DNA of 63,342 nucleotides, counting the filler, from Reticulomyxa filosa (Eukaryota; Protista; Foraminifera), in assembly GCA_000512085.1 (NCBI GenBank). It is 12 parts of 12 records of this genome, joined end to end, with 100 filler letters (N's around TTAATTAATTAA, not from the genome) between each part and the next. Parts side by side here need not be neighbours in the genome. Positions count along the whole stretch, not along the records: positions 1 to 7,019 come from ASPP01004913.1; positions 7,120 to 17,502 come from ASPP01025666.1; 10 more parts are not named here. One strand, given 5' to 3'. A model generated the notes under the pieces. It ran no database searches. It worked only from the letters and a program-made list of their open reading frames with translations, and had not been told where the DNA came from. The position numbers and the translations under genes were made by a program. Every line of letters begins with the position of its first letter. The stretch's first letter is position 1. Of the stretch, positions 1 to 11,713 are shown piece after piece.

Positions 1-915
1 TATCAATATATACTAAAATAATAATTTTTTTATTGTATAATTTTTAAATCCCGTTGTAATGTAATGACTTGTCTAATAATGTCAATTACAACTTTTTATA
101 TCAAAATACATTTATAATATTAGTATTTTTTTGCAAATGCATAAGTAAATTAAACTCATTACAAACATCAATAAAAATATTCATTATTTCACACACAAAA
201 CATTCAACTAATAAATCTCCTTTTTTTTTATAAAAAATTTTCAAATCTGTTTCGCAATATATAATCGTCATAATTTTAAAAAAGCGATATTGCACAAGAG
301 CAAAAAATGAAATTTTTTTTTTGAATTTCAAAAATATAAATACAATAAATTAACTAAATATAAAATATTTTGCATTTGAAGATGTTTAAAAAATACTGTA
401 ACATAAAATGTTTTATTTTTTAGATATTTAAATGACTTTGCATATCATGATGAACACATTTATATTAAATCAAACAATCAAGATTTGACCTGATATATCG
501 ACATAAACTTTGTTAATGGCAAAGAATGTAGCCAACATGATTATTGCAAAAATATAGGCTCTGACTGGAAACCTTGTTTGACATAATGGCAGCAACAAAT
601 ATTCCTTTTTTCTTCCCAAATATGTAGTGATTGCGCTCGAATATAAAAAAATATTAATGTTTGCGGAAGTTTCTTCTATTAAATATAATTATGATATACA
701 AACTACATACGCATCTTTGCAATAAAAGAATTTTATAGAATACTTCATTGGCTTCGGCAATGTGTACCTTTTTCTAAATGTTTGACTCGCAAATCAACTT
801 TGAAAGGAGTTGAAACAGAGAACTATGAGTCTTTGCTCGTTTCTTCTTGCGCTAAAAAATTGAGGTCCAAACCCCAAAATTTTGTTTTAATTTTTTCTTC
901 AAATTGAAAGTTGTG

Positions 916-2046
916 ATGGCTTTTATTGCAAGATTTGCAGGAACATCCCTGTTTGTTAACTATAAAATATACTCTTGTTAATGGATCTTTGTTGCTGAAA
1001 GTGTGTTGTATGTCATAGACAACGAAGTGCGAAAGGATGGGGGCCAGGTATTGAAAAGACAAGAAACCCTTATGAAAAAGGGGGAAAACACAAAAAAAAA
1101 AGAAAAAAACCATACACACAAAACAAAAAACGAAGCTTTGAGTTATGTATCGACGCGCAGTGGCGTGACAGACACGGAAAAATTCAAAGAGATATGGCAC
1201 ACGACGGATAGCATCGACCCCTTGTATGAGATCTGCAAGAAACCAACAGAGAGATTAGACCCAACACGACGAGCACATGCTTATTTGATGTACGGTGGTG
1301 TTTATGGTTTTGGGTTTTTAGCGACCAAAACAGCAATAGAAACCATTGTGACATATCTCAATCAACCAGCAGATGTCAAAGCAATGGGTGAGGTTGAGGT
1401 CAACTTGGCAGACATTCCATTGGGCACCTGTATCGTCCTTATGTGGAAAGGTTAGAATATTATGAATAACACATACAACTCATACATTAAATGCACGCAT
1501 TTTTAAAAAATTAATGAACTGATTTTAACTTGATTTTTATTTATTTAAATTTTTCCCAATGTTTTTACAATACATTAAACAATTCTTCAAATTTCCATTG
1601 TAAAAATCTTTCCTCTCCTAAAAAATAGACTCACCAGTGTTCGTATGGCATCGTACCCCCAAAGACATAGCCAATGCTGAAAAAGACGACAATAATTCCA
1701 CTTTACGAGATCCTGAAAACGATGTGGACAGGGTCAAAAATAAGGAATGGTATGTCTCAATGGCTGTCTGCACTCATTTGGGCTGTGTTCCAATTTATGG
1801 CCAAGGTAACTACAGTGGATTCTTTTGCCCTTGTCATGGGTCGCATTATGACGCTTCTGGACGTGTGCGCAAAGTTTAGTTGAATGTTAAATTTTTTCTC
1901 TCCTCTTTTATTAACCTTTTTTTCAAACACCCCTTTTTTTTCTTCTCTTTCATTTTTCAACTTGATAGGGTCCAGCGCCAACTAACTTGAAAATCCCACC
2001 TTATAAGTTCACTGATGATGGCAAATTGATCCTTGGTGCTGAATAA
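916..2046 (+). CDS. UQCRFS1: Cytochrome bc1 Rieske iron-sulfur subunit, spliced (approx. exons 916-950, 1143-1450, 1629-1873, 1969-2046)
   Basis: Rieske boxes CTHLGC and CPCHGSHYD; TM segment after RRAHAY; VFVWHRT; last exon [12 protein letters not shown]...LILGAE*; GT-AG introns join in frame. The first exon is less certain. Confidence 0.95.
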
Positions 2047-2582
2047 AAACATCAAGTGCTGAAAAGTTGTTCGCTTGTTTGTTTAATTCGCATTTTCTTG
2101 TTAAAGTTTTTTTGGCCATTTGTGTGATAATTGGAAAAGATGAAAAATCTAGACAAGAGAGTCAAAATCCAAATGGTTATAATACTTCCTTGAATTTTTA
2201 ATACAAAACTTTTTTGTCCAATTTTTCCTTCCCCCCATCGTTTTAAAAATAAAAAAATTATTAACTGCAGAAAACCTACATTCCGCCAAATTCTCAATTG
2301 TTTTGATTACTAGCATATATTTTCCTTAAAATTGCGCATCAAGAAATTAAGAGCTTTTTTGTTGAATTTTCAGAGTAAAACATAATTTGTGAATAGTATA
2401 GCTCGAAATGTGTTAAGATAACATCTAGACATAAATAAATCCTCTTAGTATGTGATCATCCCTATACGTTTCTTATTAATTTTGGACGAGCAAGGAGACA
2501 AACTTTAGTTTAGAAAACGTTTTGTTTTCCGGGGCCGTTTAGGTCCATAAAATAGGCCTGACCTTAAATAGAAAACTCGATA

Positions 2583-4567
2583 ATGAACCAGAGCAAAATG
2601 TGGAAACATCATAAAATCAAACAAGGTGGTTCTCCTCAGTTGAGTTCGCCTCTGTCAACAATACCTCTTATGCCAGTGTGTTTATTGGGGCTTGTGCTAT
2701 TTTGCGTTGGAGAAGCATACTTGGTTTTGCAATGTACATTGATTGGGACGCCCTGTGTTTCTTTTCGTCTTATTTTGGGGCAATTTTGGAAGAGATTGAA
2801 CAATTGGTTTTTTTTTTTGCTCATTTGTTTTTTTTGTGTCAACTTTTTCCCCTTTCATTACTAAAAAAAAAAAAGAAAATATGTACAAAACAATAAAAAT
2901 GAATGTGATGGAACAGTCAACTGGATAAAAAGTCGATAGGACAGGAGAAGCCACTAATAGACGTGAAAAGGGATCCGTCCGATATTGAGACGAATCAAAG
3001 TGCGCCAATGATCGAGGACTACTGCGAGAGTCTATTTGGCAATGGGTTTTCAAAACGGCAAGTGTTAGGTTGTACGAATAAAAAAAAGGGAATCAACCAC
3101 GACAATGGTGCAGAAGATGAAGAGTACGAAGAAGAAGAAGGAGAAGGCTATTTGCATTGTTATGAAAACACAGTAAGTAAAGCAATGTATTGTGACGCAA
3201 GCAATTTGGTGATAGATAGTAGCGCAATAGCGATAAACAGTTTTGGTGGTGAAAGTATCGAGTCTGTGCTCAATCGTGACGAAGACGATGAGTATCCTCG
3301 TTACAATTCGCATTCGTTTCTTCCAGCTTGCGCGCTTTCGGCGGATATGGTCATTCCAGAGCGAAGGCAGTTTACATTTTACCAACACGATGTTTTATCT
3401 GCGATTCAAAAGAGTACTGTCATTCTTCGAAGTCAATACGCTCATCTGGCCGATCTCTATTGCCATCCTCATCCTTCATTTCCTTCTTCGCTCTACGTTT
3501 TCACCACGAGATATGAATACGCCAATCTCTATCATACCGCCACCGATTGGTACAACATGTTCCAAATATTGCGCACTTTGGGCATTCGAAGACACTCGTT
3601 TCAGGTTTTTCTTTTTTTTTTTGTATTTGGTTTGCAACGCATTCATATTACTTGGTGATGGTGGTGGGGCTAGATTGTGTTTTTAGACGGACATCCTTGG
3701 GGGGCATTGGATGAGGCGTGGACATTGGCATTTGCCAACTTTACGTATATTAAAAGAATACACAACTCAACTCAACCTTATGTTTGCGCGAATCGAGCTA
3801 TTTTTGTTCCTTCTGGTTATATTGGAGGACTTGCCTTAAAATGTTAGTAAAACAGCTTCTCTGATTCTATGTAAAATGATATTACTTTTTATTTATTTGC
3901 TTGATATGCTTTGATCGTTGTCCTTTGACAGCAATGACAGATCACAAATGCTTACGGGCCAGTCGATATGTGCAAGAATTTGCACAATGGTTCTTGGAAG
4001 GGTTTGGGTTGAAACCTACAACAAATCGAATACAAAACAAAATACAAATTGTATTGATTTGTCGAAAAGATTACATTCCTCATCCAAGAAAACCCAGCAA
4101 GTTGGGATAAATGTTTTCATTTCTTCACAGTAATTCATATTGATATACACATATATATTTGTAATGTGGTATAATACAGAAAAGTAGGACGTAAGTTCAA
4201 AAGCGATGTTGAAGTTGAAAAGGTGTTGAAAGAAATTGTAATAGATGGATTTGAAATAAATGTAAATCGAGTATATTTGGAAGAGGTCAATATCCAACAA
4301 CAGCTAAAAGTAATAAGTAGCACGGACGTGTTGATCGGAGTTCATGGAGCTGGTATGACCCATGTTCTTTTTTTACCGCCCAAAAGTGGAGTGATTGAAA
4401 TTGTTCCACAGCTTTACAGCGGTAGGATGCACTTTCAATATTTAAGCACCTGGGCCGGACATGTGTATGAAAAGATTAGCGCTGCTGGTTCTGACGAATC
4501 GATTCACCCTAACTTTGAACAACTCAAATTGGCTGTTCAAAAAGTTGTTGTTCAGATCTTGACTTGA
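2583..4567 (+). CDS. Glycosyltransferase family 61 (EOGT-like), multi-exon, N-terminal membrane anchor
   Basis: RYEYANLYHTATDWYN and DVLIGVHGAGMTHVLFLPPKSGVIEI match GT61/EOGT motifs; hydrophobic segment in the ORF at 2583. Start uncertain. Confidence 0.85.
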
Positions 4568-5882
4568 TTTGTTTTTACTCCAATGATTCCCATTTTCTTC
4601 TTTTGTTCATTCGCGCTCGTTCAATACTCTGCCATAGTCCGATCTCCTTCCATTGCATCCATATGCCTGAATCTTTTACTACAAAAATCGAATGGTTTGC
4701 ATCGTGATTGTTTACTTTTGTCTTGCAAAATCAATTAAGACGATTCTCTTTCTTAAAGATTAACTCTTCAGTTACTCCTTAATCTTGCCATGGCTTCTTG
4801 GCAAATCAACAAAACTTTGTAAAAAAATGGACAAATCCTTTCATAAATAGAAAAACGGTGAGAAAGTCAAACTGTTATTAATTTTTGTATAAAATAGGAA
4901 GAGTTAGATCATTTGACTATAAATACTTAAAAAAAGTATTGTTAGATTTATTCTCCACTAATCATTTTACTTTTTTCACGAATCTGTTGTGCATTATCTT
5001 AAAACAGAAAAATGGCATTGATAATGTTACGAATAATAAGACATTGCCAAATTTGAAACAGAAGCGATCAATGCAATCTCAAATTCCTGAGGACAATCCC
5101 TTATCGGATTATTCCACTTTAGTTGTTGAATCAATTTTGACAGCTCAATTACCAGACTATTAAAAAAAAAGTGGGCAGTTTCGATGAGCTAACAAAAAAA
5201 CAATGGAGAAAAAAAAGTCAAACGTCCTACAATACACAAAGAAGGGGGAAAAAACAACAAATAAGCACCGAAGATTGAGTTTACAAATTCAAAAAGACAA
5301 AAATTAAATAATTAACAAATTTAAGACATAACAAAAAAATTAAGTAAATAAAAAAATTTAACAACCCTTCCCTAACATCTCCTCTTTCGAATGCATACCA
5401 CCAGATCTCTTGAGTCGAAATCGTCAAGAAATCAGCTTTATTTCGTGATGGTGGCGTTGTCATTTTCTTCTTTGCCTGTCTCTTTGTGCCCTTCTTTTCT
5501 TTTAAAACATAAGAAATAAGAATACACTACAAAGAAAACGAGAAAATGCAAATATGAGTCCTGTATAATGGAGGAAGAAAAACAAAACAAAACAAAACAA
5601 CACAGAGCAAAAAAAAAAAAAATCAAAACAAAACAAACAGAAACATTACGTTTTCCATTGTTTGCTTTCGAAACAATTGGGCTTTGAACAACATACAAAA
5701 GACACACGACCGACGAAGCAACGCATCAACAAAAACAAAAGCAAAAAATAAGTAATAAACAAATAAAAAAACACAAAAATAAAAACACACAAAAAGAAGT
5801 ATAATAATAAACAAAAATTACACCAAAAAAAAGAAGTAAAATAAAATAAAAAGTAATGGTATGCCAAGTGTGTCAATTAACT

Positions 5883-7019
5883 TCAATTTTCTTCAGATAA
5901 AAGACCAGTGACCCTCTGAGAAAAAACAACCTCTATTCTTAAGGAAATATCCTCTCGAAATCCATAACCATCATAAATACTCCAAGCTTTGGAGAGCAGA
6001 GCCGGATGTTGAACATCTTGTCGTACACGTCCACATGGCGAATTGCATTCTTCGCTAAATCCATCACAGTCAAATATCCATTCTTGAGCGTTTCCGTTCC
6101 TTCGATATTTTTTTTTCAAGCAAAACACTGGGATTGAATATATACATATACGTATATAAATATATATACGTATATGTATAAAGTATTGTGTTAATAACCA
6201 GCGCAATGTCCATTGATTTCCATTTTGACGATAACATGGTCTTTGATCAAAGAACAGCGGAAACAAAGCATAGATTCCGTTAATCCCAGCATTGACACCG
6301 AAGCGACCTTTGACCTCCAAAAGTTTGGGGAAACGACATCCGACAGGCATTTCACTAAACCGACTCAAATTGAGCTCTTTGTCATTCTGATCCAACAGCG
6401 ACCAATTTGGGTCCTGCAAAAGGTCAATGTCTTTGACGTCCTTGTCGTCATGTCCACACGCTTTGGTTTTGCGATGGCGTCCTTTGTGATGGTGATGGTG
6501 ATGATAGTGATGATAATGGTGATGACGATGTTGTTCCATGGCGGCGTTGCTCAAAGAATCCGAAGGAAGCGGAGGCGGAGGCAGATTGCTAATATGTTGT
6601 TTACTGTCATTCCAATAATCAATCTTTCTTTCATTTCCAATGTGATATTGAGACTTGTTTGTGGAGGACGAGTTTGGTAATCCCAACCTTGCACAAACAT
6701 AAGAAGACGACGACCCAAGCGCTGATGCTGACGCTGATGCTGACGCAGACGCTGATGCTGACACTGGCGCATAAGTTGAAGAGGCAGCAGAAGAATGAAA
6801 AGATCGAGAATCAATAAAAGATATCGCCGACGTTGAATTTGTGCGTATAGTATTACTATTACCACTGTTGTTTTTATTATTACTGTTAATAGTATTGCTA
6901 TTAATACTATTATCATTTGTAGTGTTACTATTTGTGGTAATATTGTTAATATTATTTTGTTTTTGCGACGGTAGTTGGAACAACAACTGTACATGCTGCT
7001 GCTGTTGTTGTTGTTGTTG
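5883..7019 (-). CDS. Hypothetical protein, 5'-truncated; low-complexity Q/N/AS/H tracts followed by a small globular domain; probably further exons toward ~4575
   Basis: 367-aa ORF running from the contig edge; poly-Q, N-rich, (AS)n and poly-H tracts; aromatic-rich domain at ~5920-6330. Confidence 0.6.
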   Translation of the reverse strand, partial: QQQQQQQQHVQLLFQLPSQKQNNINNITTNSNTTNDNSINSNTINSNNKNNSGNSNTIRTNSTSAISFIDSRSFHSSAASSTYAPVSASASASASASASALGSSSSYVCARLGLPNSSSTNKSQYHIGNERKIDYWNDSKQHISNLPPPPLPSDSLSNAAMEQHRHHHYHHYHHHHHHKGRHRKTKACGHDDKDVKDIDLLQDPNWSLLDQNDKELNLSRFSEMPVGCRFPKLLEVKGRFGVNAGINGIYALFPLFFDQRPCYRQNGNQWTLRWLLTQYFIHIRIYIYIRICIYSIPVFCLKKKYRRNGNAQEWIFDCDGFSEECNSPCGRVRQDVQHPALLSKAWSIYDGYGFREDISLRIEVVFSQRVTGLLSEEN

Positions 7020-7119
7020 NNNNNNNNNNNNNNNNNNNNNNNNNNNNNNNNNNNNNNNNNNNNTTAATTAATTAANNNNNNNNNNNNNNNNNNNNNNNNN
7101 NNNNNNNNNNNNNNNNNNN
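7020..7119. other. Artificial contig spacer N44-TTAATTAATTAA-N44; also at 17503-17602, 21855-21954, 34547-34646, 38256-38355, 41214-41313, 42845-42944, 48044-48143, 53630-53729, 56244-56343, 58573-58672
   Basis: Identical 100-nt blocks with a six-frame stop linker; genes are cut mid-ORF at these points. Confidence 0.99.
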
Positions 7120-7510
7120 TCGAATGTCGTAGTATTTTTATTTTATCTGTGCAAAGTTCTTTTCTTATTTTGCCGATGATTTGCTTAATCCATTTGAGAA
7201 TGTCATTGTGTTTTTTTTGGAGTGAATTAATATTATTACAATCCAAATGTCTTTCTTTTAGATGATGTAAGAATACCAAATATCCACAAGATACATTAGG
7301 AATGATAAGTTGTTTTTGCACACATCCAGATAATATCACTCCATAAACACATGAAAATGGGCATTTTTTATCGTAATATGCTGTTTCTCTGTGTTTGTCC
7401 AGTACACTGCTCACAAGGTCGTTGGCAAGTTCATAATACAGCCCACTAGATGTCCTTTCTTTGAATTTATCTTCCAATGACTGCTGGTATGTCGAATTTT
7501 TCTCTGACAT
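7120..7510 (-). CDS. OAS/CD-NTase-fold (Pol-beta superfamily) protein, degenerate active site, copy A, truncated by contig end
   Basis: Close paralog of 7739-8768 (LSGCVQKQL[IV]IPNVSCGYLVFLHHLK; KIRKELCTxKIKIL). Confidence 0.6.
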
Positions 7511-7738
7511 CTCAAAAAATGATGCGGAATTTTTTTCGAGTATTTTTGTTGATATTTTACAAAAATGACTGAAAATGTAAAAATTTACTTCAAAATTAAA
7601 AGCAAAATTCGTTAAATAAAGCACTTAATCACGTAGCTACAAAGAATTTTTATTAAAGTAATAATGTAAGTCACAGATATTAAAATTTTAAATCGAAAGT
7701 AGCACTTGTTTTTAAAAAATTCTGCATTCGTTTTTAAG

Positions 7739-8768
7739 ATGACATATCAGGTGCTCTTGGAAGAGAGATTTAAAGAAAGAACAGCTTCCAGTGAATTGTA
7801 TTATAAGCATGACAACGATCTTGTAAATAGTTTACTGGACAAGCACAAAGATACGTCGTTTTACGATAAAAAAAATCCATTTTCACGTGTTTATGGAGCG
7901 ACATTATCCGGATGTGTACAAAAACAACTTGTCATTCCTAATGTATCTTGTGGATATTTGGTATTCTTACATCATCTGAAAAAACATTCAACTTGTGGTA
8001 ATTGTGATGATATTTATTCACTTCAAAAAGAAAGTAGTAACATTTTTAAATGGATTAAGCAAAACATCGACAAAATAAGAAAAGAACTTTGCACAAATAA
8101 AATAAAAATATTGAAATGTTCAAAATCATCATTAAAAATCAAATGGAAAGGGTTGGAATATCATATTGCAGTAGCTTGGACATTTTCGAAAAGACAATAC
8201 TGTGAATTTCATTACATCCAAAACAATGTTCATGTATATCCATTTACTCCTGATCAATTGCAAATTGCTGCTTATGATTTGATTGATGAAGCACCAATAC
8301 ATCGAAAACATATCGAAAAAATGGATAAAATAAGTAAATTATATAAAAGATTTTTAGAAAAGAATATGATTGCATCATTATCATTGCTTCGAGTATATTA
8401 CATGAGAGGAATTGGTTGGAAGAAATACTCGATTGGCTGTGTTGTTTTTGAAATCATGGCAATATGTCGCAATGAAAGGCAAGCACCACCTTTCAAATGA
8501 CTCTTTGGAAATTATTTGTGCTCATTTATTTGAGAAATTGAAAGTGACACATCAACCAATCAATACTCCAATTTTTGCATTTGATATCATTCGAGATTTT
8601 TTTACATTAGTAATTGAAAATGAAAAGGAAAACAAGTTAAGGATGATCGAATGGCCTTATCGTGAAAACAAATTTCAATATTTGGTGGACCCAAAGTCTA
8701 TTGATCAGTATAAAGCAAATCCTAATTTGAAGGGAATTGCTATTTTGGATAATCTCATTATACGTTAA
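7739..8768 (+). CDS. OAS/CD-NTase-fold protein, degenerate active site, copy B; one frameshift near 8408-8411
   Basis: SGCVQKQLVIPNVSCGYLVFL aligns to the OAS-type GSxxKGTxLxxxSDxDLVVFL motif; LEYHIAVAW to VEFDVLPAF; SLSLLRVYYMR-xxVGRNTRLAVLFLKSWQ...SNDSLEIICAHLFE to the OAS helical lobe (LQRDF...LIRLVKHW...YALELL). Confidence 0.65.
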
Positions 8769-9589
8769 AAAAAAAAGGGAAAACGAAGAAAAAAAGAGTG
8801 CTAAAATGGAGTGAAAAAGAGGATGTTAATCTGATGTATGCTTATGTTAGGAAATATGGAAAGGAAATTCAAGCATTGGAAAGATCTTTATGATGCATGT
8901 GAAGGTTCATTGGAAATTATTAACAATGAAAAAATAACTCAATTTATTGACTTTATTTTGAGCTCTTCTGGTTTGCTTCTTTTTTTGTTTAAAGTCTTTT
9001 TAAAAAGCGACAGCACCATAAATCACAATTCAATAAAAATAAAAGAAAAGACAATGGAAAGTAAAGTGAGTGCTGAAGAAGTTTTATTTTTGGCAAATCG
9101 TAATGCAAGAGAGAAATACTTTAAGGTTGACAGATCTGAAGAAATAGCAAAGAAGCTTGTTGAACAATGTTTTTATAATTTGGAAAATAAACAACTACCT
9201 CTGATGATAAATCAAATAATTCTATTAAATTTAGATCCAACCCTTTTTTTAGTCCTTCTTTTAACGATCATTGTCTCATCCGAACTACAAATTTCCCATT
9301 TCAATGTCAAGTTTCTTTTAAAGTGTAACTGTATATGGCAAAGTTTCCAAGGAACTTTGTCACCATCAATGGGCTAACTCTCTCCTTTATTAATTTATTT
9401 CGTTTCACTGGAACAAAGCTATTTTTGTTAGGGAACGCGTTGAATATTCCTTTTTCCAGATTTTTCAAGCGTTTACTTGGTTCCATTCTTCTATACTTGT
9501 CTAGTAAACTGTTCACAAAATCTTGGCAAGTTTATAGTGTGTGCTAATGCCATCAAGTGGGACTTTTTTTTTAAATTTCGTGTTCCAAG

Positions 9590-10167
9590 ATGTTCTATGA
9601 TGAAACCAATGTGAATTTGCAATACATTAATATCATTATGTGCGCTTGGAAACGCTATGGAGTCCTTCTTGAATCTCGCAAAATGGTCAGAAAGAATCGT
9701 ATTGGTGATATGATTGTGACAATTTGGTCATGTTTTGGAAAGCATGTCGTTGGTTGGGCATGCAAAATCGATAGAGGCGTCAATTCTATCATGTATCAAG
9801 AGATATTGTGAGATGAAATGCTGAAAAGTGTGAAATCATGCGTTGAAAGTCCTGATGATTTGATGTTTCAACAAGATAACGCATCATGACACAAATTAAT
9901 TAACTATGAACTGACTTCAAGAAAATAGCATAAAGATTATGTAGCTTACTGCCAATAGTCCAGATCTGAATCCAATTTAGAACATTTGGTGGATTACCAA
10001 GTTACGTACTTACAAAAATAGACAATTTTTCAGCAAAGAGCAACTCTTTGGTGGTTTAGCAAGCAATTGTATTATATTGAAGATTATTTGTGTGATATGG
10101 TTATTGTTTCAATGCTTGAGCGCATTCATGCTGTGATAAAGGCAATAGCTATGCCACAAAGTGGTAA
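9590..10167 (+). mobile_element. Tc1/mariner (approx. DD34E) transposase remnant, pseudogenised
   Basis: FYDET; IWSCFG; NSIMYQEIL; MFQQDNAS*H (D at 9875); NSPDLNPI*NIW (catalytic E codon now TAG at 9978); C-terminal SMLERIHAVIKA; multiple stops and frameshifts. Confidence 0.9.
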
Positions 10168-10975
10168 ATTACACATAAAAGCTTCTTTTAAACACAAGTG
10201 TAAACGTTTATTAAATTGATTATTTTTTCTTTACAGTTTGATACAGATTTAATAAAAAAATTTTGTTAAAAAAAAAAAGGCATAATGTAAAAGCTAGCTA
10301 AAAAAATTGAATGTATAACTTTTTAAATAAATACAAAATATAAGATAGTACAACATAGAGAAAAGATATTCTGTGATTTGTTCTATGTATCTACTTTAGC
10401 TCTTTTCAATAAAGATATACAAGTCAGATACTAAAAGGCAATATTTTTTTTTATCATGTTTTTTTTTGCAAAATACTGTAATATGAAAGATTTAATAAAA
10501 ACTAAATTCAAAATGATGTTTAAAAAATACACGATTTGTATATTTTTTTAAATAAAAAAATTATGTTTAGACATTGTTTTTTCATGAAGAAAATCAATCA
10601 TCTCTATAAGGTGCCGTTTTATGTGTTAACTTTCATTTGCATTCTACTGTAGTTCTGTCATTTTCAAAAGTTTTGTTTTAATAACTCCAACAAATATATT
10701 ATTGTATAATCTAAAAAAATACCCTTTTAAATAATCTACAATACAATAGAATTATCTTTTAAGGTTATCATTTTCTTCTTAGCACTGCAATAAATTTCAA
10801 AAAGCCAAATTTTAAAATGACAGCAAAAAATAAAGAAAAACAAATCAAACATATAAAAAAAATTTTATAATTAAAAACTATATGATTATATATTTTTAAA
10901 AAATTAGGTTTAAATGTTTATTTGTCATAGAGAAAATCGATTTCTTCATGCAGGGCCAGTTTTTTTTGTAACTAC

Positions 10976-11194
10976 TGTAGGAATATTGGGACGACTAACT
11001 GTAATACGAAAGGAACTTAGTTCCAAAAGCAAATTCAGTAAAGGAATTAAATTAACAAAGATAATTTCAACACAATAAAGGAAAGCAAGTAAAGAAACAC
11101 AAAAGTGAGTTGTGTTGTGAAGAAAGGTTTTAACCCACCGGGGTCCTACCATTCCATTAGTATTTGAGGTTGTATAATATAGACTTGCTCTACA
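10976..11194 (-). mobile_element. ~220-bp TG...CA element (solo-LTR-like), copy 1, with CTAC target-site duplication
   Basis: ctac|TGTAGG...CTCTACA|ctac; shares TCGTATTACA and GGGTTAAA blocks (reverse complement) with five other copies. Strand is relative to the other copies. Confidence 0.8.
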
Positions 11195-11713
11195 CTACTA
11201 TAGTTTTTCTATTTTGTTACTTCAACCAAGACTAATGTAAACTTTGGTGATAATTTGTAGATTAGAAAAGGCTGCAACGAGATAATGCCGCTGTTTAGAT
11301 TTCATTGAAAGAGCCACTTTCTTGTTCAGTTGATAGCGTTGATATAGGATATAAAATTTTTTTTGCAAAAAATAACAAGAACACAAATATCAATACATAT
11401 CAAAATGTAAAACCAAACTGAAACAAAAAAATTTTAATTATTATATTTTTTGAACGTGCTTAAAAAGAATGGTAGATTTCATGATTGTTACTTGTAAGAC
11501 TCCTATATCAGGATGGGTTATAATGATTCCAATACCCTCTTTCTTCTTTTATTTAACTAAAAATCCTTCTCTTTTCAATAATATTTACTTTTCCGCTCCA
11601 AGTCCCGGTAAAAATTTTCTAAAAATTTGAACTTCATTAATTTTTTTACAATTTCGAAAAAGAACAAAAGGCCAAAGCTATTTTAGCATAACAATTCTTG
11701 GCAGTATTTGTTA

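Noticed and set aside
8400-8420. Programmed ribosomal frameshift in the OAS-like gene
   Set aside because: No slippery heptamer or stimulatory structure; a one-base indel error or mutation is simpler.
11003-11012. TAATACGA resembling the start of a T7 promoter
   Set aside because: Only 8 nt match; it is the conserved internal block of the TG...CA element.
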